Position numbers and translations under genes: made by a program. From assembly GCA_015064445.1 (NCBI GenBank), contig SVSE01000006.1, positions 2,358-66,357 of the forward strand: a stretch of DNA of 64,000 nucleotides, given 5' to 3'. Shown here piece after piece: positions 47,277 through 58,377 of the stretch (its first letter is position 1; the number at the start of each line of letters is the position of its first letter). The notes below the pieces were generated by a model. The model ran no database searches. It saw only the letters and a program-made list of their open reading frames with translations, and had not been told where the DNA came from. Source of the stretch: Oscillospiraceae bacterium. GTDB lineage: Bacteria; Bacillota; Clostridia; Oscillospirales; CAG-272.

Positions 47277-47693
47277 ATGCCAACCTTTAACCAATTGGTA
47301 AGACAAGGTAGATCGGATAAGACCTACAAGTCCAAGACACCAGTTCTTCAATCAACATTCAATACATTGAAGAATAAAGTAGTTGAACAAAGCGCACCTC
47401 AAAAGAGAGGCGTTTGTACAAAGGTTACAACAACCACACCAAAGAAGCCAAACTCAGCTCTTCGTAAGATTGCAAGAGTTAAGCTTACAAACGGTATGGA
47501 AGTAACATCCTACATTCCTGGTATCGGACACAACCTTCAGGAGCACTCAGTTGTTCTTATTCGTGGAGGAAGAGTTCGTGACTTGCCTGGATGCCGTTAC
47601 CACATTATCCGCGGTACGCTCGACGCACAAGGCGTAGCAAACCGTAACCAAAGCCGTTCTAAGTACGGTGCAAAGCGCGCTAAGAAGAAATAA
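47277..47693 (+). CDS. rpsL: 30S ribosomal protein S12
   Basis: '[12 protein letters not shown]' and 'KKPNSALRK'. Confidence 0.97.
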   Translation: MPTFNQLVRQGRSDKTYKSKTPVLQSTFNTLKNKVVEQSAPQKRGVCTKVTTTTPKKPNSALRKIARVKLTNGMEVTSYIPGIGHNLQEHSVVLIRGGRVRDLPGCRYHIIRGTLDAQGVANRNQSRSKYGAKRAKKK

Positions 47694-47848
47694 GCTTAGC
47701 GAGGTAATCTTAAAAGTTAAATTTACCAAGGTTCCGAACTTGTCAATCTGAATAAATGTTTATTATCAGTGACACTTGACGGACTGAACGGGAGAATTTT
47801 CTTTCGAGTACCAATGATATCATATTTTTAATGAAGGAGGGAAGTAAA

Positions 47849-48319
47849 GTGCCGAGAAGAGGTCAAATTTCCAAAAGAGATGTTTTGCCAGATCCACTTT
47901 ATAATTCAAAGCTCGTAACAAAGCTCATCAACAACATTATGCTTGATGGTAAGAAGGGCGTTGCTCAGAAGATTGTTTACGACGCATTCAAGATGGTTGA
48001 AGAGAAGACTGGTCAAAACGGACTTGAAGCATTCACTCAGGCTCTTGAGAACGTAATGCCTGTATTGGAGGTTAAGGCTCGCCGTATTGGTGGCTCTAAC
48101 TATCAGGTACCTATGGAAGTAAGAGCTGAGAGAAGACAAACACTTGGTCTTCGTTGGATCACAAACTATTCAAGAAACCGTGGCGAAAAAACCATGGCTG
48201 AAAGACTTGCAGGCGAAATCCTCGATGCTAAGAATAGCATGGGTGGAGCTTTCAAGAAGAAAGAAGAAACACACAGAATGGCAGAAGCTAACAAGGCTTT
48301 CGCTCATTACAGATATTAA
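47849..48319 (+). CDS. rpsG: 30S ribosomal protein S7 (GTG start)
   Basis: '(V)[27 protein letters not shown]'. The GTG at 47849 lies 7 nt after the RBS GAAGGAGGG. The tracked ATG at 47831 would place the RBS inside the coding sequence. Confidence 0.9.
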   Translation: MPRRGQISKRDVLPDPLYNSKLVTKLINNIMLDGKKGVAQKIVYDAFKMVEEKTGQNGLEAFTQALENVMPVLEVKARRIGGSNYQVPMEVRAERRQTLGLRWITNYSRNRGEKTMAERLAGEILDAKNSMGGAFKKKEETHRMAEANKAFAHYRY

Positions 48320-48350
48320 TCGCGTCCTAATCGCATGAAAGGAAAAACAG

Positions 48351-50453
48351 ATGCCAAGAGAATATTCACTTGAAAATACTCGTAATATCGGTATAATGGC
48401 TCATATCGACGCAGGTAAGACCACTACAACCGAGCGTATCTTGTTTTACACAGGTAAAACACACAAAATAGGTGAAACTCACGAAGGATCTGCTACAATG
48501 GACTGGATGGCTCAGGAGCAGGAAAGAGGTATCACAATTACCTCCGCTGCTACAACATGCTTCTGGTCAGGCTCAGCAAATCAGTTCCCAGCTACACGTA
48601 TCAACATTATTGATACCCCTGGTCACGTTGACTTCACCGTTGAGGTACAGCGTTCTCTTAAAGTGCTTGACGGATCTGTTACCGTTTTCTGTGCGAAGGG
48701 CGGCGTAGAGCCTCAGTCTGAAACCGTTTGGAGACAGGCTGATGAATACGGCGTACCGCGTATGGCATACGTTAACAAGATGGACATCATGGGTGCAGAC
48801 TTTTATAGAGTTGTAGGCATGATGAAGGAAAGACTCCATGCAAACGCAGTACCAATTCAGTTGCCAATTGGCGCTGAGGACACATTTAAAGGTATCATCG
48901 ACCTTTTTGAAATGAAGGCAGACGTTTATTACGACGACCTCGGTAAGGATATGAGAGTTGAAGATATCCCTGCTGATATGCTTTCAAAGGCAGAAGAATA
49001 TAGATCAAACTTGGTCGAGTCTATCTGCGAAACAGATGACGATCTTATGATGATGTACCTTGAGGGCGAGGAGCCTTCAATGGAAGAGCTTAAGGCTGCA
49101 CTTCGTAAGGCTGTAATTGCTAACAAGATAGTTCCTGTAACATGTGGAACATCTTATAAGAATAAGGGAGTACAAAAGCTTCTCGATGCAGTTATCGAGT
49201 ATATGCCTGCTCCTACTGATATCCCTGCTATCAAGGGTGTAAACCCTGAAACAGGTGAGGAGGATGTTCGTCACTCAAGCGACACAGAACCATTCTCCGC
49301 ACTTGCATTCAAGATTATGACTGACCCATTCGTAGGAAAGCTTTGCTTCTTCCGCGTATATTCTGGTGCAGTTCAGGCAGGAACAACAGTTTACAACTCC
49401 TCAAAGGATAAGACAGAAAGATTCGGTCGTATTCTTCAAATGCACGCTAACGATAGAGCAGATATCGATGTATGCTATGCAGGTGATATCGCAGCTGTTA
49501 TCGGTGTAAAGAATACCACAACAGGAGACACCTTCTGTGACGAAAAAGCTCCTATTATCCTTGAATCAATGGAATTCCCAGAGCCAGTTATCCGTGTTGC
49601 TGTTGAGCCAAAGACAAAGGCTGGACAGGAAAAGATGGGACTTGCTCTTGCAAAGCTTGCTGAGGAAGACCCAACATTTAGAACCTACACTGATGAAGAA
49701 ACAGGCCAAACAATCATCGCCGGAATGGGTGAGCTTCACCTTGAGATCATTGTTGACCGTCTCCTTCGTGAATTCAAGGTAGAGGCTAACGTTGGTAAGC
49801 CACAGGTTGCTTATAAGGAAACAATCAGAAGAAGCGCTGATGTTGATCACAAGTACGCTCGTCAGTCTGGTGGTAAGGGTCAATATGGTCACGTTAAGAT
49901 CATTATGGAACCAAACGAGCCAGGTAAGGGCTACGAATTCATCAACAAGGTTGTTGGTGGTGCTATTCCAAAGGAATACATCCCATGTGTTGACGCAGGT
50001 ATTCAGGCTGCATCACAGACTGGTGTACTCGCAGGCTACAACGTTGTTGACTTTAAGATAACTCTCTATGATGGATCATACCACGAGGTTGACTCATCCG
50101 AAATGGCATTTAAGATCGCTGCTTCTATGGCTTTCAAGGAAGCTATGAGAAAGGCAGACCCTGTTCTTACTGAGCCAATCATGAAGGTTGTAGTTGTAAC
50201 TCCTGATGATTACATGGGAGACGTTATCGGAACTCTTAACTCTCGTCGTGGACAGATTCAGTCTATGGACCCAGTTGCAGGTGCTCAGCAGATCACTGCT
50301 ATGGTTCCTCTTGCTGAAATGTTCGGATATGCAACAACACTCCGTTCATCCACACAGGGAAGAGCTAACTATTCAATGGAGCCAGATCACTTCGCTGAGG
50401 TTCCAAAGAGCGTACAGGATGCAATCATTGCAACCCGTGCAAAGAACAACTAA
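48351..50453 (+). CDS. fusA: elongation factor G
   Basis: '[19 protein letters not shown]' and 'DTPGHVDF'. 700 aa. Confidence 0.97.
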   Translation: MPREYSLENTRNIGIMAHIDAGKTTTTERILFYTGKTHKIGETHEGSATMDWMAQEQERGITITSAATTCFWSGSANQFPATRINIIDTPGHVDFTVEVQRSLKVLDGSVTVFCAKGGVEPQSETVWRQADEYGVPRMAYVNKMDIMGADFYRVVGMMKERLHANAVPIQLPIGAEDTFKGIIDLFEMKADVYYDDLGKDMRVEDIPADMLSKAEEYRSNLVESICETDDDLMMMYLEGEEPSMEELKAALRKAVIANKIVPVTCGTSYKNKGVQKLLDAVIEYMPAPTDIPAIKGVNPETGEEDVRHSSDTEPFSALAFKIMTDPFVGKLCFFRVYSGAVQAGTTVYNSSKDKTERFGRILQMHANDRADIDVCYAGDIAAVIGVKNTTTGDTFCDEKAPIILESMEFPEPVIRVAVEPKTKAGQEKMGLALAKLAEEDPTFRTYTDEETGQTIIAGMGELHLEIIVDRLLREFKVEANVGKPQVAYKETIRRSADVDHKYARQSGGKGQYGHVKIIMEPNEPGKGYEFINKVVGGAIPKEYIPCVDAGIQAASQTGVLAGYNVVDFKITLYDGSYHEVDSSEMAFKIAASMAFKEAMRKADPVLTEPIMKVVVVTPDDYMGDVIGTLNSRRGQIQSMDPVAGAQQITAMVPLAEMFGYATTLRSSTQGRANYSMEPDHFAEVPKSVQDAIIATRAKNN

Positions 50454-50514
50454 TTATTGTTCATAAAATAAAAAACAAAAAACAAATATATTTAATTTAT
50501 GGAGGAAAACTCAA

Positions 50515-51717
50515 ATGGCAAAGGCTAAATTTGAAAGAACCAAACCACACGTTAACATTGGTACCATCGGTCACGTTGACCACGGTAAGACAACCTTGAC
50601 CGCGGCTATCACAAAGACCCTCTCACTCAAGAACTCTAACATCGACTTCTTGGACTACAGCCAAATCGACAACTGTCCTGAAGAAAGAGAAAGAGGTATC
50701 ACAATCAACTCTCGTCACGTTGAGTATGAAACAGACGCTCGTCACTACGCTCACGTTGACTGCCCTGGCCACGCTGACTATGTAAAGAACATGATTACTG
50801 GTGCAGCTCAGATGGACGGTGCAATCCTCGTTGTTGCTGGTACAGACGGCCCTATGGCTCAGACTCGTGAGCACGTTCTTCTTGCTCGTCAGGTAGGCGT
50901 TCCAGCTCTCGTAATCTTCATCAACAAGTGTGATGACGTTGACGACCCAGAGCTTCTTGACCTCGTTGAGATGGAAATCAGAGAGCTCCTTAGCGAGTAT
51001 GAATTCCCAGGCGACGACATTCCAATCGTTCGTGGATCTGCAAGAAACGCTCTTATGTCTGAAAACAAGGATCCTAGCGCACCTGAGTACGCTTGCATTT
51101 GGGAGCTTATGGATGCTGTTGACTCATACATCCCAACTCCTGACAGAAAGGCTGATCTCCCATTCCTTCTCCCAGTAGAGGACGTATTCTCAATTTCTGG
51201 TCGTGGTACTGTTGCTACAGGTAGAGTAGAGCGTGGTACTGTTAAGATGGCAGACGAAGTTGAAATCGTTGGTCTTACAGAGGATAGAAGAAAGACAGTT
51301 ATTACCGGTATCGAAATGTTCCATAAGCTTATGGACTCTGCTGAGGCTGGTGACAACGTAGGTCTCCTTCTCCGTGGCGTTCAGAAGAATGAAATCGAAA
51401 GAGGACAGGTTCTCTGCAAGCCAGGTTCAATCAACCCACACAAGAAGTTCGTAGGTACTGTATATATTCTTACTGAAAAGGAAGGCGGCCGTTCAAAGCC
51501 ATTCTTCTCAAACTACAGACCTCAGTTCTATATCAGAACAACTGACGTTACTGGTATCATCACACTTAAGGACACCGATATGGCGAAGCCAGGCGACAAC
51601 TTGACAATGGAAGTTGAGCTCATCACTCCTATCGCTATCGAGAATGGTCTTAAGTTCGCTATCCGTGAGGGTGGTCGTACAGTAGGTTCAGGTAAGGTTT
51701 CTGAAATCATCGAGTAA
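50515..51717 (+). CDS. tuf: elongation factor Tu
   Basis: '[15 protein letters not shown]', 'DCPGHADY' and 'NKCD'. 400 aa. Confidence 0.97.
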   Translation: MAKAKFERTKPHVNIGTIGHVDHGKTTLTAAITKTLSLKNSNIDFLDYSQIDNCPEERERGITINSRHVEYETDARHYAHVDCPGHADYVKNMITGAAQMDGAILVVAGTDGPMAQTREHVLLARQVGVPALVIFINKCDDVDDPELLDLVEMEIRELLSEYEFPGDDIPIVRGSARNALMSENKDPSAPEYACIWELMDAVDSYIPTPDRKADLPFLLPVEDVFSISGRGTVATGRVERGTVKMADEVEIVGLTEDRRKTVITGIEMFHKLMDSAEAGDNVGLLLRGVQKNEIERGQVLCKPGSINPHKKFVGTVYILTEKEGGRSKPFFSNYRPQFYIRTTDVTGIITLKDTDMAKPGDNLTMEVELITPIAIENGLKFAIREGGRTVGSGKVSEIIE

Positions 51718-51734
51718 TTTTACCGAGACTAAAT

Positions 51735-51766
51735 AAAAAATGAGCACGCAAGTGCTCATTTTTTTA
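51735..51766 (+). terminator. intrinsic terminator after tuf
   Basis: ATGAGCAC-GCAA-GTGCTCAT followed by T7. Confidence 0.85.
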
Positions 51767-51773
51767 TGGCTCT

Positions 51774-51833
51774 TTCAAAATACGAGATTAATTTTTGGTG
51801 GAAAATGGCTTTGAAATATTGCGCTTTCGTTCG
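51774..51833. repeat. ~60-nt intergenic direct repeat, copy A
   Basis: 'TTCAAAATACGAGATTAATTTTTGGTGGAAAATGGCTTTGAAATATTGCGCTTTC' matches 51947-52009 with 3 substitutions and one small indel. Confidence 0.85.
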
Positions 51834-51946
51834 GTTACAGACAGTAAACAGTATGCGCCCTCACGAGAAGACTTATCTTTCTTTGCCATTTCCTCACCAA
51901 ATCACTTTGTTAATTATCTCTTAATTTTTCTCTCGCCCCGTTTTCG

Positions 51947-52009
51947 TTCAAAATACGAGATTAATTTTTGATGGAAAACGGCTTTTAAATATTGCGCTTT
52001 CTTTCGTTC
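51947..52009. repeat. ~60-nt intergenic direct repeat, copy B
   Basis: See copy A. 'TTTCGTTCAAA(A)TAC' occurs at both the start (51942-51956) and the end (52003-52016) of this copy. Confidence 0.85.
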
Positions 52010-52053
52010 AAATACAATAAAATATAAAGAAAAGGGCTCGTTTGAGCCCTTTT

Positions 52054-52425
52054 TTAAATCAATTCATTATCATCTGCATCAACTGCAATCTTTCCCTTGA
52101 AAATTCTTATTACATCTACAATTGCCCAAATATAAGAGGCAAGTGCGGTAATACCGAAGGAGAAGAATCCAATAAGGAATAAAATTATATGAATCAAAGC
52201 CGTGCCTGTATATCCAAGATAGAATCTATGCAAGCCGATAGCGCCAAGGAAGATTCCCAAAAGTCCAGCAGTTTTCTTGCGCTTTTTGGAGGTCGATTGC
52301 TCCTTTACAGCCTCTGGCATCTTATCATATGCGTATGTTACAGGGGTGGTACTTGTCAAAGTTCCACACGATGGGCAAAATCTCGCATCATTTTTTAGCT
52401 CTGTGCCACAGCTCTTACAAAACAT
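52054..52425 (-). CDS. zinc-ribbon plus TM2-domain membrane protein
   Basis: 'MFCKSCGTELKNDARFCPSCG' followed by 'GLLGIFLGAIGLHRFYLGYTG'. The RBS GGAGGTG precedes the ATG at 52425. Confidence 0.8.
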   Translation of the reverse strand: MFCKSCGTELKNDARFCPSCGTLTSTTPVTYAYDKMPEAVKEQSTSKKRKKTAGLLGIFLGAIGLHRFYLGYTGTALIHIILFLIGFFSFGITALASYIWAIVDVIRIFKGKIAVDADDNELI

Positions 52426-52540
52426 AGTGCACCTCCAGATCAAGTATATATATATGATATCACAAAGGTGCATTTTTGTCAATATTAGCAATGAAAAAAG
52501 AGGGAAGCGTGACAAATAATCGACACTCCCCCTTGATTTT

Positions 52541-54007
52541 TTATAAAATTATGCAAATAAGACCGCCAGACCCCTCGTTTATAACTCTTGTAAGAGTATC
52601 GGAAAGCCTTGCGCGTGAATCCTCGGAAATATGCTCAAGCTTTGCGTGCAAGCCCTCGTTTACAAGCTCATAGAGCGATTTGCCAAACATATTTGATTGC
52701 CAAATCTTCTTTGGCTCATCCTCAAACTCCTCAAGCATATATTTGATAATCTCCTGCGATTGCTCCTGTGTGCCCACAATCGGATTGATTTCGGTTTCAA
52801 TTTGAGCACGAATCATATGAATTGAAGGAGCAGAGGCACGAAGCTTCACACCATAAGCGCCCGATTGCTTTACAATTTCGGGTTCCTCAAGAGTCATATC
52901 GTCAACATCTGGCAACACAATTCCATAGCCCGTTGCATTTACCTCGTCTATTGCCTCAGTAAACTTGTCAAGCTCCTTTTTTGCGTTGCTAAGTGTGGCA
53001 ATACATGTGAAAAGTGCCTCGTCATCGGAAATTTCAACACCACAAAGCTCGCTTATAATCTTGTAGTATAAATCATCTATAAGCTTAATTTCAACATCTA
53101 TCTCGCCCGTGCCAAGATTAGCGCTAAATTCGGGCAAGCCACTCACATATTCGTTCTTGGAAATGGCTGTTACACATTCGGAAATATCATCAATTTTAGA
53201 CACTCCCTCAAGCGAATCACGGATTGAGCCAACAATGCTTGACCTAAGCCAGTGGGCGCTATCAAGCGAGGAAATGTACCTTGGAAGCTTGAAGTTTATC
53301 TCCTTTATACTAAATTGACCGAGCAGAAGCTTCATAATTCCCTCGAAATCCTCCTCGGTGATTTCAAGCGCATTTACAAGTGCTACAGGTGCATCATATT
53401 TTTCTTCAAGAGCGAGCGCTAATGCGTGCGAAGCATCACTTGACGGATTTGCCGAATTCAAAATAATCACAAAAGGCTTTCCAAGCTCGTGAAGCTCATT
53501 TATAACACGCCTTTCGGCATTTATGTAATCCTCTCTTGCAAAATCGCCAAATGAACCGTCAGAGGTGACAACCATTCCCACAGTAGAGTGGTCGCAAATT
53601 ACCTTTTTAGTGCCAAGCTCCGCTGCGCGCTCAAATTCCATAGGCTTATCCGACCAAGGCGTCATAACCATTCTTGCCTCGCCATTCTCACTTGCTCCAA
53701 GCGCACCGTCAATCATATATCCCACACAGTCAATTAGGCGCACCTTCATTTTTGCCCCACCTATCTTAACCGAAACAGCCTCATCGGGAATAAACTTGGG
53801 CTCTGTTGTCATAATAGCCTTGCCCGACGCACTTTGTGGAGTCTCATCCTTGGCTCTTTGCTTGTCATAATCCAAGTCAATGCTCGGAATAATAGCACCG
53901 TCCATAAACCTCTTGATAAAAGTCGATTTTCCACTTCTCACAGGGCCAACCACACCTATATAGATTTCCCCATTAGTTCTTTTTGCGATATCCTCGTATA
54001 TGTTCAT
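52541..54007 (-). CDS. spoIVA: stage IV sporulation protein A
   Basis: 'MNIYEDIAKRTNGEIYIGVVGPVRSGKSTFIKRFM' (Walker A). 488 aa. Confidence 0.95.
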   Translation of the reverse strand: MNIYEDIAKRTNGEIYIGVVGPVRSGKSTFIKRFMDGAIIPSIDLDYDKQRAKDETPQSASGKAIMTTEPKFIPDEAVSVKIGGAKMKVRLIDCVGYMIDGALGASENGEARMVMTPWSDKPMEFERAAELGTKKVICDHSTVGMVVTSDGSFGDFAREDYINAERRVINELHELGKPFVIILNSANPSSDASHALALALEEKYDAPVALVNALEITEEDFEGIMKLLLGQFSIKEINFKLPRYISSLDSAHWLRSSIVGSIRDSLEGVSKIDDISECVTAISKNEYVSGLPEFSANLGTGEIDVEIKLIDDLYYKIISELCGVEISDDEALFTCIATLSNAKKELDKFTEAIDEVNATGYGIVLPDVDDMTLEEPEIVKQSGAYGVKLRASAPSIHMIRAQIETEINPIVGTQEQSQEIIKYMLEEFEDEPKKIWQSNMFGKSLYELVNEGLHAKLEHISEDSRARLSDTLTRVINEGSGGLICIIL

Positions 54008-54184
54008 ATAAGCACCTACCCTTTGGCATTATTTCATATTAAAGCATATTCGCACCATTTTCAACATATTACAATTTTTAGTAAGAATTTAGAGAGAACA
54101 GACATTTTTCCTTTTCCCTTGACAATATAACTATAATATGATACAATATAATGTAATAACATACTTGGAGGTATTTTTACAATT

Positions 54185-55471
54185 ATGGACGGAGACGCCG
54201 TGGGGATATTAATCTCTATGATAGTGCTTCTTGTACTATCGGCATTTTTTTCATCAACAGAAACAGCATTTTCAACATTCAATAGGATTAGAATGAAGAA
54301 TATGGCACAAAACGGAAACAAGCGCGCTGCACTTGTTATTTCGTTGGACGAAAAGTACGATAGATTGATAAATACTGTGTTGGTTGCCAACAATATCGTA
54401 AATATCGCCCTTTCCTCAATTGGAACTATTTTCTTTATAGACCTATTTGTAAGTATGAATATAAACGACGCTGAGAGCATCGGTGCAACTGTGTCAACCG
54501 CAGCTATTACTGTCGCGGTTTTAATCTTTGGAGAGATTTCACCTAAGGTTATTGCTAAGGGACACGCAGATGGTGTTGCTCTTGCTTTCGCACCAGTTAT
54601 TAGATTCATACAAATAATTTTAATCCCAATTGTTTTCATATTTAGTGCTTGGAGTAAGCTTCTTATGAAGATGTTTAAGCCTAAGGAGGAAAGCTCATAT
54701 ACTGAGGATGAGCTTATTACAATTGTTGACGAGGCAGAGGAGGATGGTTCAATCGAAACCGAGGAGGGAGACCTCATTCGTTCTGCCATTGAATTTGCAG
54801 ATGTATCTGCTGGCGATATTTTGACGCCTCGTGTTGATATTTGTGCTATTTCAAAGGACGATAGCATAGAGGATATTGCAAAAACCTTTATAGAAAATTC
54901 ATATTCGCGTCTTCCTGTATATAATGAGGATATCGATGATATAATCGGTATTCTTCACGAGAAGGATTTCTTTGTTGCTTACCATAACAACAATAAAACA
55001 ATTACAAAGCATCTTCAAAAGCCTGTGCACGTGTCAGAGCATATTAAGATTGCAGACCTTATGCAGGTGCTTAAGAGCAAAAAGTGTCATATGGCAATTG
55101 TCGTTGACGAGTTCGGCGGAACAATGGGAATTGTTACAATGGAGGATATAATTGAGGAGCTTATCGGCGATGTCTTTGACGAGCACGATGAGGTAACAGA
55201 GGATTATAAGGAGCTCCCTGATGGTAGCTTCCTCGTTAAATGCTCAGCTGACCTTGATGACTTCATTGAGAAATTTGAGCTTGTTGTTGGCGACGATGAG
55301 GATATGCCTCAAACAGTAAACGGATTTATTATGAAGGAGCTTGAAACCTTCCCAAAGGTTGGCGATTGCTTCGATTATCAAAGATTACATATCGAAATCA
55401 AGAAAATAGGTCCAAAGCGACTTGAGGAAATAAAGGTAACTATCAACAATATTACCGAAGATAATGAATAA
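54185..55471 (+). CDS. CNNM/DUF21-CBS-CorC_HlyC hemolysin-family membrane protein
   Basis: N-terminal TM domain, 'EISPKVIAKGHA', a CBS pair ('TPRVDI', 'ILHEKD') and 'MAIVVDEFGGTMGIVTMEDIIEELIG'. The start is uncertain because the RBS GGAGG lies 13 nt upstream. Confidence 0.85.
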   Translation: MDGDAVGILISMIVLLVLSAFFSSTETAFSTFNRIRMKNMAQNGNKRAALVISLDEKYDRLINTVLVANNIVNIALSSIGTIFFIDLFVSMNINDAESIGATVSTAAITVAVLIFGEISPKVIAKGHADGVALAFAPVIRFIQIILIPIVFIFSAWSKLLMKMFKPKEESSYTEDELITIVDEAEEDGSIETEEGDLIRSAIEFADVSAGDILTPRVDICAISKDDSIEDIAKTFIENSYSRLPVYNEDIDDIIGILHEKDFFVAYHNNNKTITKHLQKPVHVSEHIKIADLMQVLKSKKCHMAIVVDEFGGTMGIVTMEDIIEELIGDVFDEHDEVTEDYKELPDGSFLVKCSADLDDFIEKFELVVGDDEDMPQTVNGFIMKELETFPKVGDCFDYQRLHIEIKKIGPKRLEEIKVTINNITEDNE

Positions 55472-55510
55472 AAAATTCGGCTTCGGCCGAATTTTTTATA
55501 AGAGGATATT

Positions 55511-56089
55511 ATGAATGTATTTGACTTTGACGGAACTATATACGATGGCGATAGCTCGAAGGATTTCTTCTTCTATTGCTTGAAGCATTATCCCAAAACA
55601 AGGGGCAAGATTTTTCCTGTTATGTGGTATGGTGCGCTTTTTGGACTTCGAATAGTTAAGAAAAAGACCTTTAAGCAAAAGCTTTTCAGTATAGTTCAAA
55701 AAATTCCCGACATAGATAAGGCAGTGTCTGACTTTTGGGATGAAAATAGAAAAAATATAAAAAAATGGTATAAGGAAATGAAGGAAAGCACAGATATTAT
55801 AATCTCTGCCTCTCCTGAATTTCTCCTTGCCCCCATCTGCGCAGAGCTTGGCGTTGAATGTATGATGGCGACAAGAGTAGATAAGAAAACAGGACTTTTT
55901 GACGGAGAAAACTGTCACGGAAAGCAGAAGGTAACTCGTTTTTACGAAATGTATCCAGATGCTGAAATTGATAGCTTCTATTCCGATATGTACTGCGATA
56001 CGCCACTCGCGCTTATCTCAAAGCAGGCATTCATCGTAAAGGGCGAAAGGCTTTCCCCTTGGAAATTCAAAAAGAAGGATATTATATAA
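55511..56089 (+). CDS. HAD-superfamily hydrolase (subfamily IB-like)
   Basis: 'MNVFDFDGTIYDGDS' DxDGT motif. Confidence 0.75.
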   Translation: MNVFDFDGTIYDGDSSKDFFFYCLKHYPKTRGKIFPVMWYGALFGLRIVKKKTFKQKLFSIVQKIPDIDKAVSDFWDENRKNIKKWYKEMKESTDIIISASPEFLLAPICAELGVECMMATRVDKKTGLFDGENCHGKQKVTRFYEMYPDAEIDSFYSDMYCDTPLALISKQAFIVKGERLSPWKFKKKDII

Positions 56090-56116
56090 AGAAAAACGAG
56101 GCGATTGCCTCGTTTT

Positions 56117-56635
56117 TTATATTGTTCTTTTTTCTTCAAGTCGGTTAAGGACCTTGTAAAGTGGAATTACAAGCACTGAAATTGCAATATTTGCGCACAT
56201 ATGTATTGCATCAAACGGAATTCCTGCGATAATCCACGCGATCATTCCCTTGAAATCGAGCCCAAACATAACAGCCTGTGCTGGCGCATAGAGTATGCCG
56301 AACAAAAGACCGTGCAAGCCACAAAAAACAGCCGACAAAATTCCCTTTGTGCGAAGAGAAGCGCCCTTTGGAACAAGCATCATAAGCGCCCATACGACAG
56401 CCCATATGTAAATGTACGGATACCACCACATAGGGAATCCATAGTAAAGCCCGAGAATAAATACATAAAGATATATAGGTATCAGCGCCCTCGCCCTGTA
56501 AACGAGCGTGTATACCGCAATGAACATCGCAATAGGATGAACATTTGGCAAAAACTCAAAAATAATCTTCGATATAAAAAGTATAGTGCCAAGCATGGCA
56601 AATATCGCAAGATCGACTAATTTAGACCTTTTCAT
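56117..56635 (-). CDS. small polytopic membrane protein (ECF-transporter S-component-like; function uncertain)
   Basis: 172 aa with about 5-6 TM segments. The start overlaps the ppiB stop (ATGA). Confidence 0.5.
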   Translation of the reverse strand: MKRSKLVDLAIFAMLGTILFISKIIFEFLPNVHPIAMFIAVYTLVYRARALIPIYLYVFILGLYYGFPMWWYPYIYIWAVVWALMMLVPKGASLRTKGILSAVFCGLHGLLFGILYAPAQAVMFGLDFKGMIAWIIAGIPFDAIHMCANIAISVLVIPLYKVLNRLEEKRTI

Positions 56636-57108
56636 TCCTCAATAAGAGTAACCTTTTTCATTCTCATATCAATAACAGGTCTGTCCTGGAAGTTTGTCTT
56701 AACACCTGCAATCTCGTCAACAACCTCAATACCAGATACAACCTTGCCAAATGCTGCATAGTTTCCGTCAAGGAACTTTCCATCAGCGTGCATAATAAAG
56801 AACTGTGATGAAGCAGAGTTAGGCATTTGGCTTCTCGCCATAGAAATAACACCACGAACGTGTGAAATGTCGTTTTCAACACCGTTAGCTCTGAATTCGC
56901 CCTTGATTTTCTCGCTTGAGCCACCACAGCCTGTGCCTGTTGGATCTCCACCTTGAATCATAAAGCCTGATATAACTCTGTGGAAAATAAGACCATCATA
57001 AAAGCCCTCGCTAACAAGCTTCTTGAAGTTGGCAACAGTAATAGGCGCCTTGTCCTCATAAAGCTCAATGTCGATAATTCCACCGTTTTCCATTTCTATT
57101 CTTACCAT
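56632..57108 (-). CDS. ppiB: cyclophilin-type peptidyl-prolyl cis-trans isomerase
   Basis: 'FHRVISGFMIQGGDPTGTG' and 'SQFFIM'. Confidence 0.92.
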   Translation of the reverse strand: MVRIEMENGGIIDIELYEDKAPITVANFKKLVSEGFYDGLIFHRVISGFMIQGGDPTGTGCGGSSEKIKGEFRANGVENDISHVRGVISMARSQMPNSASSQFFIMHADGKFLDGNYAAFGKVVSGIEVVDEIAGVKTNFQDRPVIDMRMKKVTLIEE

Positions 57109-57226
57109 AATAAAATACCTCGCAAAATAATTATATATTTATTTTAGCAGAATAAGGCGTCAATGTCAAATGATTTGTTTAATAAAGGCAAAAAATGTTA
57201 AATATATTTAAAAGAGAGGTGATAAA

Positions 57227-58330
57227 ATGGAAAAATTAAAGAAAAGCGCATACATAGGCGTTAATATTGTTATATATTTTTTGATTTCCTATGTGATTTT
57301 GAAATACGCACTCGGCATAATTTTGCCATTTGCAATCTCGTTTCTTATAGTGATGCTTTTGCGTCCACTAATTGATAAAATTTCTCGCCATACAAGAGTC
57401 CCAAAGAGCATAATCAGCCTTTTTGTTATCGGTATAACGCTATGCGTTAGCATCTATCTTTTAATCCTCGCTGGGAGCGCCTTGCTTGAGCAGGTAGGAG
57501 TCTTTATAAGCAAAATAAGCGAGCATTTGAGTAAGGAGAATAACTATATCAGCCTAAGCCTCGATTTTCTAAATAATCTCCTTGATAAATTCCCATTTTT
57601 GAAAAACAATCTCTCCGATGATACAAGCGTGTATTCAATTGCGCTCGATATGGCGAAGAACACGATAAATATGCTAAGCCAAAGGCTGACGCAGGCAATC
57701 GGTAGATTTATCGCCTCAATGCCCGAAATAATCGTTACAGCAGTCGTAATTTTGCTCTCTCTCTTTTATTTTTCAAAGGATTATTCCAAAATCTCGCAAA
57801 AGCTTACAAACGCACTCCCATCATCAATGAAAAGCAAGCTTCCAAGAGTTAAAAGTGATGTCGTTTTCGTGATTTCAAGCTATGTGCGCTCGTATGCGAT
57901 AATTATGCTCATCACCTTTGCAGAGGTCTTTGCAGGGCTTCTTATTTTAGGCGTTGATGGCGCATTCGCAATAGCCCTCATCTGCGCCTTGGTTGACGCA
58001 CTTCCTATTTTGGGGGTTGGTGTGGTGCTTGTGCCTTGGTCGCTCGTTTCGTTTATGGTCGGAAATCAAAGGCTTGGAATAGGATTGCTTATAATGTTCA
58101 CAATAATTTACATTGTAAGACAAATAATAGAGCCGAGAATTGTCAGCTCGCAAATGAATGTTCATCCACTCGTTGCTATAATCGCAATGTACGCAGGACT
58201 CAAAATCGCAGGCATCGGTGGTATGATTGTCGCACCCTTCTTGGCATTTGGAGCAAAAACCATCTACGAGGGATTAAAAAAAGACGACGAAACGAAAAAA
58301 TGTGTTGAAAATGAGGAAAAACTGTGCTAA
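57227..58330 (+). CDS. ytvI: AI-2E/PerM-family membrane protein (YtvI-like sporulation integral membrane protein)
   Basis: 367 aa and polytopic, with the family-typical C-terminal 'EPRIVSSQMNVHPLV'. Confidence 0.7.
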   Translation: MEKLKKSAYIGVNIVIYFLISYVILKYALGIILPFAISFLIVMLLRPLIDKISRHTRVPKSIISLFVIGITLCVSIYLLILAGSALLEQVGVFISKISEHLSKENNYISLSLDFLNNLLDKFPFLKNNLSDDTSVYSIALDMAKNTINMLSQRLTQAIGRFIASMPEIIVTAVVILLSLFYFSKDYSKISQKLTNALPSSMKSKLPRVKSDVVFVISSYVRSYAIIMLITFAEVFAGLLILGVDGAFAIALICALVDALPILGVGVVLVPWSLVSFMVGNQRLGIGLLIMFTIIYIVRQIIEPRIVSSQMNVHPLVAIIAMYAGLKIAGIGGMIVAPFLAFGAKTIYEGLKKDDETKKCVENEEKLC

Positions 58331-58377
58331 TATATATGTATTGATAAATTATATGTATATAATTACAGGAGAAATCT

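Noticed and set aside
51846-51947. 33-codon minus-strand ORF (MAKKDKSSREGAYCLLSVTERKRNISKPFSTKN) spanning repeat copy A
   Set aside because: The SD-like GGTGAGG ends only 2 nt from the ATG. In addition, the reading frame is not preserved in repeat copy B.
54061-54867. 268-aa ORF antisense to the CNNM/CBS gene. The same applies to 11945-12757, 20777-21508, 32110-32799 and 60015-60539, which are antisense to ARH, trpB, Gfo and ychF.
   Set aside because: All are shadow ORFs fully overlapped by opposite-strand genes with strong motif support.
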